A DNA stretch of 64,000 bases, taken from contig CATNEN010000038.1 of assembly GCA_950097015.1 (NCBI GenBank), forward strand, positions 16,802,001 to 16,866,000. The letters are read 5' to 3'. Shown here piece after piece: positions 12,001 through 27,524 of this stretch. Below the pieces are notes generated by a model that saw nothing but the letters and a program-made list of their open reading frames with translations, made no database searches and was not told the DNA's origin. The DNA is from Macrostomum hystrix (lineage: Eukaryota; Animalia; Platyhelminthes). The stretch's first letter is position 1, and every line of letters begins with the position of its first letter. Both the position numbers and the translations under genes were made by a program.

Positions 12001-15000
12001 GTCAGGTGTCAGGAGATAGGTTTGGCCCGTTACAAACCTCGTCCTCAGCTGCAATCCAGTCCTCAATCAGATTCTGGCTGTCATTGATCACCGCAGCGCA
12101 CTCTGACATCCACTGCGACCTGAGTCTGGCGCTCTGCCTGCCGCTGAAGGCCAGGCAGCGATCGCCAAAATCGGCGAAGGTGAGCGGATAGTTGATTGAC
12201 AGGTCGGCAAAATCGATCAGACGAAAGTTGTCCGAGTAGCTGAAAGAATTTAGATACGAGCGTAGTAGCTGAAAGAACAATTTATCAATTGATTGAAACG
12301 AATTGGCAAAATTCAATCCAGAGGCATTGTTACCCGGTAACAAACTGGCTGAAGATCGCATTGGGCAGAGGATGAAGGCAGTGCAGGCAGCGCCGTAGGA
12401 AAGCTCTCACCGACCTAGCTGACTTATGCCACGGAAATCCCTCGCGACCAGCCGAATTGGACGGCTGAAAATGAGAAACATTTTATTCGACAATCCTGGA
12501 TAAAATCTCATGACTAGGAAATGAAGCAACTTATTTAATTTACTCGTAAATATTAATTTTTTCTATTTCTCAATGGCCTACCTCATCTATGACCCAATGT
12601 CCTTATGACCCAATGTCCCTATGACCCAATGTCTCTATGATCCAATGTCCCTATGACCCAATGTCCCTATGACGCAATGTCCCTATGACCCAATGTCCCT
12701 ATGACCCAATGTCCCTATGACCCAATGTCCCTATGACCCAACGTCCCTATGACCCAATGTCTTCATGACTCAATTTTATGGTTTAACTGAGTGAAAAAAT
12801 AGAATATAATTAGCGGAACAGAAAATATAAAAATAAAATCAAAGAGAACGCAACTTGACGTGCTGCAGGACAGAAATGAATCGAGTGTTGTTCATTGGTT
12901 CGTAGGCAAAAATAAAATCAGAGAGACGATGGGATAGTAGGCCGAAACAGAAAACAGTTTTCCTAGAAAGAAAATAGATTTTTGATCAGCTTTAAATCAC
13001 AAACCTGACCGCAGTAAACAATGAATGCCAGCGACTGATGCCACTAGAAAAACAATATATATCGATTAATGCTTATAGCTATATCTTCTGTTGCCTAGCA
13101 ACTAGCGTGGCCATTGTATTCTGTCATTGCGAAACAATGCGATTCAGAAAAATATCCACTAGAAAAATAGCAGCCATTGAATGGGGAGAAATACAGAACA
13201 ATGAGCTAAATCCATCCATACAATTTTTGTTATCATTAGTTTCATCGAAAACCGGAAATTTTCGTAGACAAATTTGACAATCTACTTTTAATATTATATT
13301 TTTAAAAAGTTAATTAAATCTTTGCGAGCAAATTTAAAATAAAAGCAAATAAAAGTACCTTTGCTTGCAGGCGGAGGCCCAGCCGTTTCTGTTCGTCTCT
13401 GTCCAAAAGGATGTAGTCAAGCATGCCGCGTCGAACTGACAACTCGTAGGACTCTTTGGCCTCCTAAAGTGAGGTTTAGGTCAGATTTTAGGATCAGTGA
13501 AGCTTTTTGAAAATAGCTCGTAGTTTTTTTGCAACAGCACAGCCGCAGCCATTGCGAGTTAGGCTTAGCACGGAAATGCCTGATATGTTGGACAAAACAC
13601 GATGTCCTCCTTGAGATCAAAGCCGAACCTGCAAAAACTCGTTGGCGGCTTCCAACAGCTCCGGCCGGACAGCCAAAGGTCCAGTGAAGCGCCTGATCCC
13701 GGCCACCCAATCGTCGGACAGAGGCGCGATGGCGTCGGACTGGAATGCGCCGCGCACCAGCTGCTCGTAGCGCAGCTCCTGCTCCAGGCCGCTGGGCGAC
13801 GGCGGCCTCGACAAGCCGCAAGTGCTGGCGAACCAGGGCGGAAATTCCACGGACAGGGCGGCCAGCTCAGCCTCTGTCGGCTCACGAGATGCCAGCTCGT
13901 TTGGATCCGGCGAGACGCCAGTTGACACTAGCGCTGGCAACGAGGTCGAGGTTTGAACTGATTGGTTGAAAACTGCACCTAACCCAGTTACCTCTCTGTC
14001 AAGACTCTCTGTCGTGATTGCGGGAGCTTCCTAGCGTTTCCCGTAGTACCTTCTCCCACCGAGCTTTTCCCGCCGAAACTTTCCCGCCGAGACTTTCCCA
14101 CCGAACTTTTCCCGCCGAGACTTTCCCGCTGAGACTTTCCCAACAGGTGCTTTTCCTACGGTAGCTTTTCTAATAGAAGCATTTCCAACAGGTCGAGCTT
14201 TTCCTACAGGAGCTTTTCCTACAGGTCGAGCTTTTCCCACCGGCAAATGCTGGTTTGACAGTGCTGGCACACAGCATTTCCTAACAGACAGTCAGGGCAG
14301 GAAAAGCTTCGACTGCATGCTGAAAATCGTCCTGTGGAAGAAAAGCGAGAAAATCGTTGGCGCTTTTAGGTGATTTGTGGGTTCGAAAACCCATGGCGGT
14401 ATAATACGGTATATATAGTCTCGGCGGGAAAAACTCATCGAAAAGTAACTTTGCAATACAAAACAATTGTGTTAAATCAACCCACGATTCGAACTCAGGA
14501 CCCTTTGAGTGATGCAAGATTCGGATGCGCTATAACGCTTGAAATTTGTTACCGCACAGATTAGCCTACCTCGCTTCTCCGTTCGGGCTTTGCAGCCAAA
14601 ACCGCCACTGGCGCCGACGAGCTCATTGTTACACAGCTGCTCCTCCCAGGGCAGCGGCAGGGCAGCTGCGGCAAGCCGGCTGAGCCGCTGACGCTCCCGA
14701 TTGCCCGAACAGATGCGGCCGCCGCCGTTGCGCCAGACGGTCCCGCCTGGTTGTGCATCCTGCATGGCGCTGACACTCTTTGAGCTGCAAAAATAATTGA
14801 CGAATTGATACCATTCTGTTGTGCTCAAACTGGACACAAAAAGCTTAGAGCTACTCACTGCTTTCCAGCCAGCCCTTGCCTAGCCGCTTTTCTGCGCTCC
14901 GCGTGCGGCTGCTCGGTGCGGAACGTGGCCACGCTTCTGGTCTGGTAGCGCAGGCTCAGCAGGTCCACGTTGGACATTGTGGACACGGATGTGGTGGCAG

Positions 15001-15692
15001 CCCGGTCCAAAGTAGAGTTATCCGCAGCTGGAACGGGTTTAACACATTTTTATGCTCATTAGAACGGAAGATAGACAACGATTTAATTTAATGAGATTTG
15101 GACTTTTTTTACCTGGACTCGGTGGTATGAGCTATGACTCAATGTCCCCATGACCCAATGTCCCTATGACCCAATGTCCCTATGACGCAATGTCCCTATG
15201 ACCCAATGTCCCTATGACGCAATGTCCCTATGACGCAATGTCCCTATGACGCAATGTCCCTATGACCCAATGTCCCTATGACCCAATGTCCCTATGACCC
15301 AATGTCCCTATGACCCAATGTTCCTCCGACCCAATCATCACATCTAAAATCAGTACCAGCATGAGCTGGTCTAGAAATTCTGGGAGGTGTATTAGCCTCG
15401 CCAGTCCACAGACTGGACAGCTAGCTGTACGAGTACAACACTTACCTGCATGCTGCGTTCGCTCGTAGAGGTCCTTAGTTGAGAACCTACTGGCTGCCGG
15501 GCTGTAGTTGTTGCCGATGAGATTACTGACGCCTTTGCACAGAGTCCTGTTCTTCACCGGCATGGACAGGGTCAGGGCGCCTCGCTGAACAATTTTCGGC
15601 CTCTCGCTGTACACATCCTCCTGGTTGGAGCTCAACGGTGGCAGATGGTCCAGCAGTGATGGTCGGTACTTTCGCTCAAACTCGTTTAGCAT
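1..15692 (-). CDS. Axonemal inner-arm dynein heavy chain (DNAH3/7/12-like), multi-exon, 3' part lies outside the window
   Basis: Approximate minus-strand exons: 15692-15446, 15027-14859, 14784-14570, 13978-13629, 13464-13359, 12465-12335, 12239-12037, 11380-11174, 10226-9558, ~9480-8963, 6783-6266, 6172-5645, 5187-4910, 4192-3938, 3820-3515, 3412-3093, 2924-2531, 1184-704, 619-1. Linker motifs [23 protein letters not shown]; AAA1 [45 protein letters not shown]; AAA2 [20 protein letters not shown]; AAA3 GPTGTSKT. The start Met (MLNEFERK at 15692) is tentative. Confidence 0.95.
1491..2365 (-). mobile_element. Internally deleted Tc1-like DNA transposon
   Basis: About 88-bp imperfect terminal inverted repeats (1491-1578 CACTCAGCAACATTAAAAACCGCCACCCTAGAGCGAGG... 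and 2278-2364), preceded by TA at 1489-1490. Minus ORF 1848-2138 ([36 protein letters not shown]) resembles a Tc1 paired-like HTH, with a frameshifted [11 protein letters not shown] continuation. No DDE domain. Inserted inside a SINE family A copy. Confidence 0.85.
4424..4745 (+). mobile_element. tRNA-derived SINE family A (about 320 bp)
   Basis: tRNA-like head GGGGTGAGTAGCAGAGCGGTTA...GAGCTCGATTCCGCGG (A and B boxes), body ...GTCAGGGCAGATGTACACACCTGTGTGAGCG...GCTCAGGAGTCAGCGAAATGGGCAGAATTGCCTCCTCGCTGG. Shared with many other copies in the window. Confidence 0.8.
5305..5540 (-). mobile_element. SINE family A copy (internally deleted)
   Basis: Reverse complement of the family A head, body and AT-rich tail, in a dynein intron. 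Confidence 0.75.
6848..7150 (+). mobile_element. tRNA-derived SINE family B with CORE-like central domain
   Basis: Head GGGGGTTGTAGCCTAGTTGGTTAGAGCG...GGTTCGATTCCC, then TGTGCCCTTTAGCAAGATGCTTAACCCTGCATTGTTTCAGTTCACCTAGCTG (CORE/Meta-like), body GAGGGTGGG...CAGTCCATGGACTGAACAGC, and a (TTA)n tail. Confidence 0.8.
10360..10740. mobile_element. hAT (Charlie-like) MITE carrying an internal 16-bp minisatellite
   Basis: TIRs CAGGGGTCGGCAAACT and AGTTTGCCGACCCTG; 8-bp TSD CTCTAATC (10352-10359) / CTCTAAGC (10741-10748); internal degenerate (TGTCTCATCTCTCCCC)n at about 10460-10660. Confidence 0.85.
10822..11064. repeat. 17-bp minisatellite (CCTCCTACCTGTAATGT)n, about 14 copies
   Basis: Direct tandem copies in a dynein intron. 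Confidence 0.95.
11515..12015. repeat. 14-bp minisatellite (GGTGTCAGGAGACG)n grading into 7-bp (GTGTCAG)n
   Basis: Tandem array in a dynein intron; source of the spurious repetitive ORFs at 11506-12191. Confidence 0.95.
12588..12770. repeat. 16-bp minisatellite (ATGACCCAATGTCCCT)n
   Basis: About 11 tandem copies; same unit as 15132-15322. Confidence 0.95.
14050..14240. repeat. Degenerate 15-bp-like repeat (CTTTTCCCGCCGAGA / GCTTTTCCTACAGG)
   Basis: Imperfect tandem units in a dynein intron. Confidence 0.7.
15132..15322. repeat. 16-bp minisatellite (ATGACCCAATGTCCCT)n, second array
   Basis: About 12 tandem copies, including GACGC variants. Confidence 0.95.
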
Positions 15693-16064
15693 TGCCCAGC
15701 CGGTAATTGATTTATCTATACTGAAGGCTTCATTGATGAATTTCACCTGTAGGCACACTGGCAGGCTTGAATTGATTTAATTGTAAAGCAGTGAGACAGA
15801 TGAGCAGATAGTTTGAGAATACAATCTCAAGCCGCTTGTTTACGAAGCCACTTTATCATAGCGAGAACACCGCATTTTCAGGCCCGATGGAGTGAGTGGA
15901 CGCGATGAAAAATACTCGGGCCGAGGTCAGGAAAGACAGATCAGAAGAGCAGAAGAAAAATCTGCTCGAGTTTGTTGCAATTCTCTCTTTCCTTTCCATT
16001 TAAAATTGCTCCGCCTGCCTTCGCCGCATTGGAGTAGCAAATTTTCTAAAGAAGAATAGCAAGA

Positions 16065-16101
<37 letters not shown>

Positions 16102-17681
16102 TATGAGAGTCATTGGATGCTCATGAGTCCTCGTTGCTGTTAGAGATGAGGTGGATAGCGCGAGAGAGTGGGATGAAGGCTATTTGTGCTCAACTCTATA
16201 ACGCTCCCCCCCCCGATGCTCAAGCTCTGATATGCGCGGCTTGAGTACAAGCAGAAATCTGGCGCTGCCGCCGCCGCCGCCGCCGCCGCCGCTGCTGCTG
16301 CTGCTGCCGCCGCTGCTCATGTCCCATTTCAACTGATTCCACCCTGTTCCAAGAGGAGAGGCGTACTTGCTACCTGCCATGCAGATAGAATTTATTTAGC
16401 ATCCGCACGATCAGGCGGTCTGATTAAGTCATGAGCAAATAATAATAATAGGGCCTGATTGTGAGGCTCTCACCGACTGTTCCTACATGATTTATTGTTC
16501 TCTTATTTGATTCACATTCTAAGTTGTGCACAAGTTGCCAACTTGTGCGAGTATACGCGTAACAATCTGGAGAAAATATTATCCTTTTGCAAACATTTCC
16601 AACCCAGGTAACATTGTTTTCATGCCAAATATAGACACGGTATCAGTGCACAATGAGATGTGAAACCATGTAAGGCAACGAAATTCGTACAGAAGCAGTA
16701 ACGAAACGTAAATGCAGTTTTAACATCGTTTCTGGTACAAGTTCTCGCATTTTATTACTTGCAATGAAAATTTAATGCAGACAAAACAATTTTGTCTAGG
16801 CTTGATTTTCTTTACATTTTGCCTTGAGTGTTTCCGATTGTTAATTAACATTTCTGAAACAAGTTCTGCAGGACGGCAGCTAAGAAATTCAGTACGGGCA
16901 AATTGGTACAGTCGCTTTGCAGCTGTTGCAATTTTGTGCTTTGCTATCACAGTGCTACTACAAGTAGCAAAATTGTAGTGATTATGGACCGCGCTATATG
17001 GGGAGAGACCACAAATACCCACTGCCTACTTCACGATAACTCCCAAACCGAATGACCGTTTTTCCACCATATTGCACCATATGGATAAAAATTTTCCGCA
17101 ATTAACGATAAACTAACTTTTAAAGCCGTTCAAAGTCGGCATCGTCGAGATATTCCGCGACTTTATACTTTACATGTACTTTTAAATGTACTTTATATTT
17201 AACATGTACTTTATGTACTTTATACTTTACATGTACTTTATGTACTTTATACTTTACATGTACTTTATGTATTTCATATACTTTATATAAAGTACATGTA
17301 AAGTATTATGAAGGGTATTATATGTTCTTTATGTAATCTAGGTCATACAGAAATATGCTGGTATTTTAAATACCCCTTTGATATTTCTACTGTTGATGGT
17401 TGTGAGCACTAATATGAACATTCTTCCAGCCAAAGTATCAAACAAGCTCTTCTGCTCAATTAAAAAAATTGAATTATAAATCACACCTAACCCAGTTGAG
17501 CCGGATAAACAGCCAGCTCTGTACAGCAGCTCAGTCCATGGACTGGGGGAGGACACCACATCCGCCTAAATTTCTTCCTCAACTAGTGATGACAGCAGTT
17601 TTACAGATGACTGAACTAAATCAATAGGGATTAAAGTGTCTATTGTAATCTCACACCAGTCTATGAGGGTACCTTCCCTCA

Positions 17682-18258
17682 TAGAGGTGAGAGGTGAGAC
17701 AGTGGAGAGGTGAGACAGAGGAGAGGTGAGACAGTGGAGAGGTGAGACAGTGGAGAGGTGAGACAGTGGAGAGGTGAGACAGTGGAGAGGTGAGACAGTG
17801 GAGAGGTGAGACAGTGGATAGGTGAGACAGTGGAGAGGTGAGACAGTGGAGAGGTGAGACAGTGGAGAGGTGAGACAGTGGAGAGGTGAGACAGTGGAGA
17901 GGTGAGACAGTGGAGAGGTGAGACAGTGGAGAGGTGAGACAGGAGAGATGACATACGCGAGAGAAAATGAGGTGAGACGGGTGAGAGAAGAGACGGGAGA
18001 GATGAGACAGGGGACATGAGACAGGGGAGATGAGACAAGGGAGAGGTGAGACCGGGGAGAGGTGAGATAAGAGAGACGCGAGAAAAGAGAGAGCTGAGAC
18101 TGGGAAGAGATGGGACAGATTAAAAATGAGTCGGAGGGGAGATAAGACAGGGGACAGATGAGACAAATTAGAGATCAGAGAGAGGGGAGATCGGAGCGGG
18201 GAAGTGGTGAGACAGGAGAGATGACACAGGAGAGATGAGACAAGGGAGAGGTGAGACG
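17682..18258. repeat. 16-bp minisatellite (GAGAGGTGAGACAGTG)n with degenerate right flank
   Basis: Homogeneous at 17690-17940, degenerate to about 18258; reverse-complement relative of the array inside the 10360-10740 MITE. Confidence 0.95.
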
Positions 18259-18337
18259 TCACACAGTACTACTTATATAGTAGCATACTATACGAAAAAA
18301 GGCAGAAAATTTTGCTGCGTTCTACTGCAGTCTACAG

Positions 18338-18338
<1 letters not shown>

Positions 18339-18377
<39 letters not shown>

Positions 18378-18402
18378 TCAGACTCAGACTCAGACTCAGA
18401 CT
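18339..18402. repeat. Compound microsatellite (CA)n(GACTCA)n
   Basis: Directly visible. Confidence 0.95.
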
Positions 18403-19371
18403 AATCTATTTAGGAATTCTGATTAGCCAAGTGTGTTTGGCTAGAGGACTCACTGCTTGCTAGCCTGTCTGACAGTTGCACAATCTACTAGAGCGCGGAC
18501 GACTGTACATCCCTCTCTACCCCTCGTCTCTCCCAAACTCCCAGTCTACTCTAATTCTCGCTTTAGCCCCCCCTCCATTGCAATGGCCTCACTTTCTTCA
18601 CTTCACTTCTCCCATCCTCTTATCCTGTGCGCGTACTGAGACTTGGCCTTCTCTTCCCCCCTAGCCCGTTCTTCCTCTAACTGCCTTTTATCCCCGAGCG
18701 ACCTTCACGCCAGATGATGATTCTCACTTTTTGTAAAGTCTATAGCTGAATCATCATCCCGACTCAGCTCAGACCCACTGACCCTTGATAAATAGTGCGG
18801 TTACACTTACACACGGCAGACTACAACAGTTGAGAGGGGTTAGACAATTGGGGTGGGTGATGGAGAGAGGTGCTGTTATTTGAATGAGCTTCTATTTTGG
18901 TTTGGGTTTGAGTTTGAGTTAAATGTCTCTCCCTGTAGACAAGCAAGGCAACTTTCTGTTACTATTTCTGCTGTTCAGAACAGAACAGACACTGCAGGTT
19001 ATATTAGATCTATGTATGAGAGGGACTGAGAGGGCCGGGGAGGGTGTGACGTGGGGTGTCAGACAGCGTGGCGTGGGGCTCTCTAGCTTTAGCCAGCGCG
19101 CAACACCACCCCAGTGTCGAGCCCACAACGGGGCCGGGGTGAAGGCCACCCCACTCCGCCGCTACTGCTAAGACCTTAAAAAATGAGAAGCTAGAGAGCA
19201 CGCACTGAAACGACTCGGTCCATACGATACCACAAGTAGACTCGTATACTTCATTTACCTTTCTATCTGAGCTTCAATAAAAACAAGAAATCATGCATAA
19301 AAGCAGACATCATTGTTAACAAGAGAAGAATAATTACTCAGCTTTGAGAACAAACAACTGGACTATTAAAC

Positions 19372-21497
19372 ATGCTTCTGCGTAGGGTCGGTTTTACAGC
19401 AACCAAGCGACTGCCGCTGACCCTCACACTGGGCGCACTGCTGCTTCTGCTAGTCATGTACTGCCGATTCGGCTTCGTGTCGGATGCTTACTACAGTGAT
19501 CCGCGGCTAGCTGCTCACATTCGTGACAGGTTTCCACTGCCTCCGGCTTTGAGACCGTCCGTGGCTGGACGCGGCTCTGTGACCATCCGGACGGTGCACT
19601 TCATGCACAAGAGTCACACCATATTGCCGCAGCACAGACCGTTTCTAGCCAGCTGGAGGTGCGATTTTATTAATTGAGATTGGGGAATTTCTTTCGTATC
19701 TAGAATCGAACCCCCAACCTTCAAATTGGGAGTCCGACGCTCTAACCCCTATAGGTTAAAACGCTTACTGTAGCGCAACAACAAGAATTCGTCTAATTCC
19801 GGCAGATTAACTGAACAACAAAACTCAGCTGTTGTCTTTACCAAGCCTTATTAATTCTTCTGCCAACACAGACAGAAAAAAGTCAAAGTAGAAATTTGCA
19901 TAGCAGAATTGTATTCAGCCAGAAGGTCAGCCAACAGTGCTGCAAATCGAAAAATATATTGTCTTGCAATGCCATTATAAGCTTATCGGCTACGAAAGTA
20001 TACCTTTAATAATTTTTTTATACAAAAATCCAACATTTTCGCTCACCACCTGGCCAGATAACAAATCTGTTCTATTTCTTCGTCCTTGCAATAGACTAGC
20101 AATCCACTCGATTAGTTTATCTGTTTAGTTCTTTCTCATCCTGGGACCTTATCTATGGACTATATAGATAGGGAATAACAATGATGCAATGACTCATCAT
20201 ATAAGCGAATTCCTCACGCGGCCTCACTGCAGGGAAGTCTACCCGAAATACGACCTGTACTTCTGGACCGACGCCGATATCGACCAGCTTCTCGATGTCC
20301 GCTACCCGGAGCTCAAGAACTTCTACGCCAAGCGACTCAGCAATCCGCTGGAGAGGTCCGACTTCGCCAGAGTCCTGATCCTTCACGCCTTCGGCGGCTG
20401 GTACGCCGATTTGGACGCAGGCTGCCAGCTCAGCGCCGAGAACCTCACCGAGCAGCATTCGCTCATCGTCCCTCTGGAGCCGTTCTTGCACGCCTTGGTG
20501 CCATTCAAGCGCAGACGGCTAGTCAACAATGCCATCATGTACAGCCGGCCCGGACATCCGTTCTGGATGTTCTTGATCAGTCGGATTGCAGATGAGATTT
20601 CTGTACTGCCGCAAACTCCCAGGTGAGTTAAATTCTAGCTGAACTGGGTGAGGAGGAAAAGTTAGCCAAGCCATTCAAGCATTACTAGCCCTGCCAAAAA
20701 CTAATTAACCGTATTTATAATAATAATAGTCATATTTGCAGGCGGACTGAGGGCAATGGCACATTATTTGGTGAAAGTAGACCCGCAGCCAGCGAGGAGG
20801 CAATTCTGCCCACTTCGCTGACTCCTGAGCACACACGCACACAGCGGTGTACGAGACATCTGCCCTGACTTTCTCATCGTCAGGCAGTATACGCTTTTAC
20901 TGTGCCTTGAAGGTTGGCCCTCAAGGGCGTAAATTTCACGTCAAGCTCCCAAGCCTTCTCTCCGCGGCTTAGGTAGGACAACTGACCGCTTTAAGTAAGT
21001 AAGTGCGTAAGTAAAGATCTCGTACGTTTAAGATCCCCAATAGGAAATTTATATCATGTCAATCGAAACGCTTGTTTCTTCGCTTCTACAGGCTAAAAAT
21101 CGACGCTGTGAAAACCACCGGACCTTTGACAATGAGCCTGGCGATGGAACAGTTCGCTGCCGCCTATGCCGATCAATGCGGCAATATTAACGACGGCCTG
21201 GGCCGCCAATTCGGCTGTCCGTACGTGCCAGGGCCGAGAAGATTTCTGCCCCTAATAGACAACAGCAGCCGGTGGCTGGCCGACTGGGCCAAGCTGATGT
21301 GCCCGACGGTCCTGTTCGAGCCTGGCATCATCGCCGAGTGCCGGCGTTTGCGAAGCAGCAACTTCGTCAACAGCCTGCCGCCGGATGCCTACACATATCA
21401 CGCTTTCATGCATCTGACAGGTGTCAAAGGCCAGGCGGTTAACATTAGCAGCTGGGGCCTGGACATCAGGTTGAGGCCCATGAGTTATCTTGCGTAG
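19372..21497 (+). CDS. Glycosyltransferase family 32 / DXD sugar-binding domain (SUR1/A4GALT-like), type II membrane protein, 3 exons
   Basis: Exons 19372-19658, 20233-20622, 21092-21497 join in frame (two phase-2 GT-AG introns). N-terminal TM helix LTLGALLLLLVM; motifs YFWTDADID, ERSDFARVLILHAFGGWYADLD, NNAIMYSRPGHPFW, TTGP. Confidence 0.88.
20715..20990 (-). mobile_element. SINE family A copy
   Basis: Reverse complement of the family A body and (TAA)n tail in GT32 intron 2. Confidence 0.75.
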
Positions 21498-24049
21498 AAT
21501 CCTTTCCGAATTTTGTCCTTCATATACAGTAAACAGCTGATCATTACATTTTTATGAGGACCTTCATCTGCTTTGAAGCTGCTGGATGAAAGATTAATTT
21601 AAATTATTTTATGCAAACTTTTTATGTTTAGTATTTGCCTCTAAGTTCTTGTTCCAAACACTGTAGTGTATTAAAAAATATGCATTAAAAAACTGGGGCT
21701 TGTCGCGACTTTCGTCTCTGCCTTCTGTCCTCTATTCACTCTTTCGTTCTCTGCACTTTTCTTGTTTACATCGTCCAGTTCAATCTAGTTCTTTCTCTCT
21801 CGTTATCTCTGCGGCTGATCTCTCATTATCTATCCTGGCGGTTGGTCCGCCACTCACGTTCTAGCCTCCTCTCCTACCCTCAGTCGCGCACTCTTGTTTA
21901 TCGTACCACCAACCTGATTCAGTCTGTGCAACTTAACCATGTTTAAATTTATAGTCTAGGGCACAACGCCCTCTCACACTTCACTTGTCTTCGCTACTCT
22001 CCATAAGCTACCTCACTACCTGCAGGCCAGCTTGACAATTCAGTCTGTCTCTCTCAGTTTTCTTGACATGGCTTACTTTTGCGAAGAAACTTTTCTTCTA
22101 TAATTAAATCTGCTCGATCTCGATCATTCTGACTCACGCTATAAAATTTTTATAAGTCTAAACTTTTATGCGACTTCTGCAAATACATAAGCTCGAGAAT
22201 AAATACGCGATAGGTATACAACTTGATATTTGGTCGCGCAGACCAAATGATGAAATGAACTATTTTCTACTTGTTCAACTGGAACTGAATATTTTCTATT
22301 ACATGTACAGTATTTACATCTTCTATAAATTAAGTGTTTCTTTCAAAGAAGCAGTAATTTAGGCACATGCACTTTTTTAAGTCTTACAGATAGACTCAGA
22401 AAGCAAAGCATTGAAGGACAATAGTATGATTTACTATTTGAAAAGTATAGATTTATTGTCAATGAAATTTGCAAAAAGTAATGTTCTAACACTAAAATTA
22501 TCAATTACGAGCCATTGTAAAACTTATTTTAAATTTATTTTTGTACGACCGACCGGCAAATACTTGCGCTCAGTCAGTAAAATTTCATGTGAGACCGCGC
22601 AGTGTCGGATGAGACAGTGCAGTGTCAGATGATCGGACAGTGCAGTCTCTTGTGAGACAGAGCAGTTTTAGGTGAGATTTGAGTGCACAGGTAGGATCCG
22701 AGCCACAGGAACCTTTGCAAAACTAGGCTGCAGGGTGGTCCATGGACACAGTGGGGAGGCGAGGATCGCCCATACCGCTAACCCCTGTAGGTAAATATCA
22801 CACACTTCTTAATGTCAGGTGGTCGATGTCGTAAAATTGAAATACACTATGGCTGCGATTAGAAAGCGATAAGAGTATTGCTGGCTCAAACATTTTTCCT
22901 TATAAATCAAGCATGCATAAAGATTTTTGGTTCTGCTTTAGAAGTTTTACTTTATATTTTGATTATCTAACCACGTCAACTTTCGAAGCGTGCTCTTGAA
23001 ATAATATTAAACTTGTAAACATTAAAAAACTATGGAAATTAAAGTTACTAAACGACTGCTTTATATTAATTCTAGACGATAAGATGTTGCAAAAACCCTA
23101 ATTCCTGTTTGAACTAAAGCATTTTTCATCATGTCGAATTACAGATCGGACCATCACACTATTTTGTCAATAAAGCAAAAAATATGCCACAGTTAATAGG
23201 TGTGAAGCACTTGAGGCTGGAAACTGTATTTTCTTATTTAATAAAAATTCTTATTTCTACGTCTAATGCTTTTTTATAATTCGAAAGAAGTGTGGACTTT
23301 TTATCTGATGGTAGATGTAGACATTTAATAAAAATATTATCTTATTGGAACTTTAATGGACTAAATGGACTATTTAGAAATTGAAATTAGGACAGCTTAA
23401 AGTAAATGGAAAATGTTTTATTTATCAAAATGATCGACATCAGTTGTTTACTTTAGAATGTAAATTATATATACAATAATTAACAATATATTTATATTTC
23501 TGTAAAAACTTAATATTGATTCAATGATGGGTAGATGGTGATGATGTAAAACAAAGCAAATAATTAGTATAAATTAGGCAAAAAATATAGTTTAGCTGCC
23601 TGAAATAAGTCTTCTTAATGTATTGCAGGTGAAACTGCTTTCATAAAGAACATATTGTTCTAAAGTTGTGAATAAAAATAGGCCTAATAGCATTTTAATT
23701 ATGCATAGCTAGTTTTGAAATATCAGATACCAAGTTATAAACAAATGTTTATGTTTCTGTTGTATAATACTTGCTGCATGGGTGAATTGGGACAACAAAA
23801 ATAGCTCTTTGCTTCTTGCTTCTCATTAGCATTTTTTGTCATTTTATTTATAATATCCATTAATTACTTGAATGTTTCCTAAGGCTCCAACTTAAAAGTT
23901 TGTTGGTAGTTTTGTATATATTACATAGCTGCTTTAAAAGACTTAAAAAGACATATATATATTATATTTGAATGTTAAAAATTAAATGGAAGAGTTGCAT
24001 AAATTTTGTTTTATTGTAACTTGTCTAAAATTGATATCCCTACTTCTAG

Positions 24050-27524
<3,475 letters not shown>

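Noticed and set aside
11506-12191. Repetitive ORFs here and at 17651-18262, 44678-45167, 54266-54728, 57033-57918
   Set aside because: These are translations of minisatellites inside introns or intergenic DNA.
16180-16380. Gly/Ser-rich 66-aa ORF as the dynein first coding exon
   Set aside because: Driven by a GCC/GCT microsatellite; no convincing in-frame donor linking it to the 15746 acceptor. It may be 5' UTR.
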